In this document: positions 19,988 through 24,547 of the stretch, piece after piece | How positions within the stretch are numbered: position 1 is the stretch's first letter | How the letters are laid out: every line of letters begins with the position of its first letter | Assembly (NCBI RefSeq): GCF_006345805.1 | Contig: NW_021836615.1 | Span: 1 to 24,547 of the forward strand | Length of the DNA stretch: 24,547 nt | Origin: Octopus sinensis | Lineage: Eukaryota | Direction of reading: 5' to 3' | The notes under the pieces: generated by a model | Told to the model about the DNA's origin: nothing | The model's database searches: none | What the model saw: only the letters and a program-made list of their open reading frames with translations | Program-made: the position numbers and the translations under genes

Positions 19988-20660
19988 GGCGGCGAGCTGG
20001 CAGAAACGTTAGCTTGCCGGGCCAAATGCTAGCGGCATTTCGTCTGTCTTTACGTTCTGAGTTCAAATTTCGCCGAGGTCGACTTTGCCTTTCATCCTTT
20101 CGGGGTCGATTAAATAAGTACCAGTTACGTACTGGGGTCGATCTAATCGGCGAGCTGGCAGAAGCGTTAGCGCGCTGGGCGAAATGCTTAGCGGTATTTC
20201 ATCTGCTGCTACGTTCTAAGTTCAAATTCCGCCGAAGTCGACTTTGCCTTTCATCCTTTCGGGGTCGATTAAATAAGTACCAGTTACGCACTGGGGTCGA
20301 TATAATCGACTTAATCCATTTGTCTGTCCTTGTTTGTCCTCTCTGTGTTTAGCGCCTTGTGGGTAGTAAAGAAATAGAAATAGGTATTTCGTCTGCCGTT
20401 ACGTTCTGAGTTCAAATTCTGCCGAGGTCGACTTTGCCTTTCATCCTTTCGGGGTCGATAAATTAAGTACCAGTTACGCACCGGGGTCGATGTAATCGAC
20501 TTAATCCGTTTGTCTGTCCTTGTTTGTCCCCTCTGTGTTTAGCCCCTTGTGGGTAATAAAGAAATAAGTATTTCGCCTGTCTTTACACTCTGGGTTCAAA
20601 TTCCGCCGATGTCGATTTTGCCTTTCATCCTTTAGGGGTCGATTAAATAAGTACCAGTTA
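19988..20660 (+). mobile_element. Tandem array of SINE family C (two headed copies plus two headless units)
   Basis: Heads GGCGAGCTGGCAGAA at 19988 and 20149, B box GAGTTCAAAT; core GCCTTTCATCCTTT(C/A)GGGGTCGAT(T/A)AA(A/T)TAAGTACCAGTT occurs four times; units restart at GTATTTC (20194, 20384, 20568). Confidence 0.9.
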
Positions 20661-20661
20661 T

Positions 20662-20806
20662 CAGTGCGTAACTGGTACTTATTTAATCGACCCTGAAAGG
20701 ATAAAAGGCAAAGTCGACCTCGGTGGAATTTGAACTCAGAACGTAAAGACAGACGAAATACCGCTAAGCATTTTGTCCGGCATGCTAACGATTCTGCCAG
20801 CTCGCC
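20662..20806 (-). mobile_element. SINE family C, inverted, tail-to-tail with the array
   Basis: Reverse complement of head plus core, ending ...CTGCCAGCTCGCC at 20806. Confidence 0.9.
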
Positions 20807-20814
20807 AACTTCTT

Positions 20815-20850
20815 CTACCACTACCACTACTACTACAAATAATAGTAGTA

Positions 20851-20884
<34 letters not shown>

Positions 20885-21100
20885 TAATAATAACAACAAC
20901 ACTATACTCTATCAATAACCATCACCACCATGACCATCACCATCATCACTACACTGCCTTCCCCATCAGCATCGCCTATATATATCCGCTGTCTACAACC
21001 CCTTTACAATTACTACCACTCTAGCCACCTCCAATACCACTACACTCCGATACCAACACTAAATACGACCACCACCACCACCACCACCACCACCACTACT
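20815..21100 (+). repeat. Compound trinucleotide low-complexity tract (ACT/AGT/AAT/CAT/CAC)
   Basis: Directly visible runs; source of poly-L/poly-N ORFs. Confidence 0.88.
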
Positions 21101-21482
21101 AGTTGACGTTTATCTGCGTTTTGGCGAAACCCGACCCAAGTTCTTTGTGAAGGTTTATGGAACTTGACACATAAAACGAACATCATCTTTCCCCCCACCC
21201 TCCGTCCCCCTTTCCATCTGATGATAAATAATAGGACAGATCAAGTTACAGGTGAACGTTTATGTGTATATGTGTGGGGGTGTGCGCGTGCGTGCGTGTG
21301 TACCTATTGAAAATAAGTGAGAGACTTGGTAGGGGTGGGAGGAGTATTTACTGTTTGAGATGCAGCGATGGATAAATTTATTGCAAGAATAACAACGGAA
21401 TTGGAAGAAATCCAAAGGTGCAAGTAAGTGACAGTAACCAATAGCATGTATGTTCACTAATTGCTATATAATACAAAATGTG

Positions 21483-21524
<42 letters not shown>

Positions 21525-21554
21525 GAGAGAGAGAGAGAGAGGCCTATATATATA

Positions 21555-21715
21555 GGCGTAGGAGTGGCTGTGTGGTAAGTAGCTTGCTTACCAACCACAT
21601 GGTTCCGGGTTCAGTCCCACTACGTGCCACCTTGGGCAAGTATCTTCTACTATAGCCTCGGCCGACCAAAGCCTGTGAGTGGATTTGTAGACGGAAACTG
21701 AAAGAAACCAGTCGT

Positions 21716-21776
<61 letters not shown>

Positions 21777-21998
21777 GTGTTGGTATGTTTGTGTGTCTGT
21801 CGTTTGTCCCCCAACATCGCTTGACAACCGATGCTGGTGTGTTTACGTCCCCGTAAATTAGCGGTTCCGCAAAAGAGAACGATAGAATAAGTACTAGGCT
21901 TCCAAAAGAATAAGTCCTGACGTCGATTTGCTCGACCAAAGGCGGTGCTCCAGCATGGCTGCAGTCAAATGACTGAAACAAGTAAAAGAGTAACGAGT
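21555..21998 (+). mobile_element. SINE family A (copy A11)
   Basis: Full head, long internal (TA)n, body2, (AAAAGAGT)-type tail. Confidence 0.9.
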
Positions 21999-22020
21999 AT
22001 ATTGATTGCTGGCTTTGTTC

Positions 22021-22325
22021 AATGGCTCAGTGGTTAGGGCAGCGGACTCGCGGTCATAGGATCGCGGTTTCGATTCCCTGACCGGGCGCTGTGAGTGTTT
22101 ATTGAGCGAAAACACGTAAAAGCTCGACGAGACTCCGGCATGGAGTGGTGGCGATCCCTGCTGTACTCTTTCGCCACAACTTTCTCTCACTCTCTCTTCT
22201 GTTGGCCTACTCGCTTAGCCAGTGGGGTGGTGTCATTTGAAGGCATAAACAATGCAAAGTGCATTGTGACCAGCGATGTGTAACAACATCTTATAGCCTG
22301 GTCGGTCATGGTGATCACGGTGGAT
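22021..22325 (+). mobile_element. SINE family B with tail type 2
   Basis: Matches 16669-16972; ends GGTCATGGTGATCACGGTGG then (TA)n. Confidence 0.88.
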
Positions 22326-22345
22326 ATATATATATATATATATAT

Positions 22346-22552
22346 ACTCTTTTATTTGTTTCAGTCATTTGACTGTGGCCATGCTGGAGCACCGCCTTTA
22401 ATCGAGCAACTTGACCCCGAGACTTATTCTTTTTCTAAGTCCAGTACTTATTCTATCGGTCTCTTTTGCCGAACCGCTAAGTACCGGGGACACACCAGCA
22501 TCGGTTGTCAAGCAATGCTAGGGGGACAAACACAGACACACAAACACACACA

Positions 22553-22590
<38 letters not shown>

Positions 22591-22743
22591 TACGACGGGC
22601 TTCTTTCAGTTTTCGTCTACCAAATCTACTCACAAGGGTTTGGTCGGCCCGAGGCTATAGTAGAAGACACTTGCTCAATGTGCCACGCAGTGGGACTGAA
22701 CCCGGAACCATGTGGTTGGTAAACAAGCTACTTACCACACAGC
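22346..22743 (-). mobile_element. SINE family A (copy A12)
   Basis: Reverse-complement match, head 5' end missing. Confidence 0.88.
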
Positions 22744-23050
22744 TAACCCCAAAACTGATCTTAAGGTAGTTACTTCCATATTCTTTGTTGTGTTTAGATT
22801 GTGAACAACGCTAGAGGGTGGGTTTTGCCTTACCATTTCTTAAACAGTTTCAGTCAATCGAAGTTTTTCAACTCAATATATTATCTATTTGTATTCAAAA
22901 TGCTGAATATCGCCTGGCATATTACCCCACTCCGCCATTTTGATGATATTCATATTCGACGTCACTACATTCCTTCATACACACGCATATATTTAGATTG
23001 ATCGGTTAGTCATTGCCAAGGAATGTTCTATATATATATATATATATATA

Positions 23051-23146
23051 TTGGGCAAGTGTCTTCTACTATAGCCTCGGGCCGACCAAAGCCTTGTGAG
23101 TGGATTTGGTAGACGGAAACTGAAAGAAGCCTGTCGTATATATGTG

Positions 23147-23198
<52 letters not shown>

Positions 23199-23391
23199 TT
23201 GTCTGTCTGTGTTTGTCCCCTAGCATTGCTTGACTACCGATGCTGGTGTGTTTGTGTCCCCGTCACTTAGCGGTTCGGCAAAAGGAGACCGATAGAATAA
23301 GTACAAGGAATAAGTCCCGGGGTCGAGTTGCTCGATTAGAGGCGGTTGCTCCAGCATGGCCGCAGTCAAATGACTGAAACAAGTAAAAGAG
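23051..23391 (+). mobile_element. SINE family A (copy A13), headless
   Basis: Begins at TTGGGCAAGTGTC directly after a (TA)n run. Confidence 0.88.
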
Positions 23392-23492
23392 AAAATATAT
23401 ATCTTATAGATATATATATATATATATGTACTATGAGTGATCAGTTTGATTTACCACTAAAACTCCGGCATATATGCATGTATATAAGTTAA

Positions 23493-23873
23493 GGAAGCAC
23501 TCCGTCGGTTACGACGACGAGGGTTCCGGTTGATGCGAATCAACGGAACAGCCTGCTCGTGAAATTAACGTGTAAGTGGCTGAGCACTCCACAGACACGT
23601 GCACCCTTAACGTAGTTCTCGGGGATATTCAGCGTGACACAGAGAGTGACAAGGCCGGCCCTTTGAATCACAGGTACAACAGAAACAGGATGTAAGAGTG
23701 AGAGAAAGTTGTGGTGAAAGAGTACAGCAGGGATCACCACCATCCCCTGCCGGAGCCTCGTGGAGCTTAGGTGTTTTCGCTCAATAAACACTCACAACGC
23801 CCGGTCTGGGAATCGAAACTGCGATTCTATGACCGCGAGTCCGCTGCCCTAACCACTGGGCCATTGCGCCTCC
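23493..23873 (-). mobile_element. SINE family B with tail type 1
   Basis: Reverse complement of 6453-6829. Confidence 0.9.
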
Positions 23874-24300
23874 ATGTATATAAGTATGTGTGTTTTAACA
23901 TTCCTTATGGCGTAAACAACTCAGTAAAAAAACCTCCACAAACACACTCTCTTTCTCTTTCTCACTCTCTCTCACACTTTGACACACAAAATAAACAAAA
24001 GAAATAGATAGAAAGAAATGCACTGAGTGGCTGTGAATAACATTCCGTTTTAAATTTATAACATCACACCTGGGGGTGGGGGGTGGGGAGAAAAATGAAA
24101 ACAAACACCAGAATATAAGAATATATTCAAAATACCAGAATGCTCGAATGTTAGAATGATGGTGCAAGCTATGGATTTTCTTTATTAGGATTGAGTTCTG
24201 TGTTTTAATAGTTGAACAGAGATTGATGAAGTGCTACCGGTTGATTCTGAATGACAGGCAGAAAGCTAATGTATTCGTGGTACATTAAGTAACTCGACAG

Positions 24301-24414
24301 GATCACTGTTGGCAGCCATCCAAAAGACGTACAAATATGGCGGCCGAGATGGTAGTATACAGATGCAGGCTCTCAGGCAAACTTTGCATCTCCATATCCA
24401 ATTCCTTCTTCCTG
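24301..24414 (+). other. Candidate coding exon, unverified
   Basis: AG at 24299-24300 and GTAACT at 24415; 114 nt, open symmetric phase-1 frame SLLAAIQKTYKYGGRDGSIQMQALRQTLHLHIQFLLP; the acceptor lacks a pyrimidine tract and the protein is not recognised. Confidence 0.22.
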
Positions 24415-24426
24415 GTAACTAACAAA

Positions 24427-24546
24427 CTAACGTAAATTGCAGTTGGCAGCTTCATCACTGTCGTCATCATCACCGTCATCGTGATCGGAATATTCATCAA
24501 TGTCATCATCAACGGCAGCACCGCCATTTGTACTCTCTTCGTCGTT
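24427..24546 (-). other. Candidate acidic coding segment running off the window, unverified
   Basis: Open frame NDEESTNGGAAVDDDIDEYSDHDDGDDDDSDEAANCNLR*; a possible donor GTTAGT starts at 24431; could equally be degenerate GAT/GAC repeat. Confidence 0.25.
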
Positions 24547-24547
24547 A

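Noticed and set aside
19988-20806. Regularly recurring motifs superficially like a CRISPR array
   Set aside because: Whole ~185-bp units are homologous, there are no unique spacers and no cas genes, and the context is eukaryotic.
40-23791. Dozens of 60-150 aa ORFs such as MLGGQTQTHKHTH..., MRESCGERI..., MNSERKDRRN...
   Set aside because: They are translations of SINE families A, B and C and their microsatellites; they recur wherever the repeat does.

Overview
AT-rich eukaryotic DNA dominated by repeats, with no intact protein-coding gene that I can support. The SINE set and the (TA)n/(TG)n load match what I recall of Octopus genomes; this is an inference, not a database result. Contents: about 14 full or partial copies of a tRNA-headed SINE with an internal (TA)n(TG)n tract (family A); 6 copies of a second SINE (family B) with one head and two alternative 3' tails; a third SINE (family C) in tandem and inverted clusters; a 5'-truncated, decayed CR1/L2-group LINE reverse transcriptase (9976-11516, minus); two non-autonomous Helitrons sharing a 3' end; a 207-bp fold-back element; and many micro/minisatellites, including a ~640-bp (GATA)n array. 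Family labels A/B/C are mine; they may correspond to described octopus SINEs (OK/OR1/OR2), which I cannot verify. The most informative structures are a 1.26-kb tandem duplication whose middle SINE is a chimera of the two flanking SINEs (unequal crossover or mis-assembly), modular domain and tail sharing between SINE families, and several long inverted repeats that would form dsRNA if transcribed. Nearly all ORFs in the supplied track are read-through of SINEs or microsatellites.
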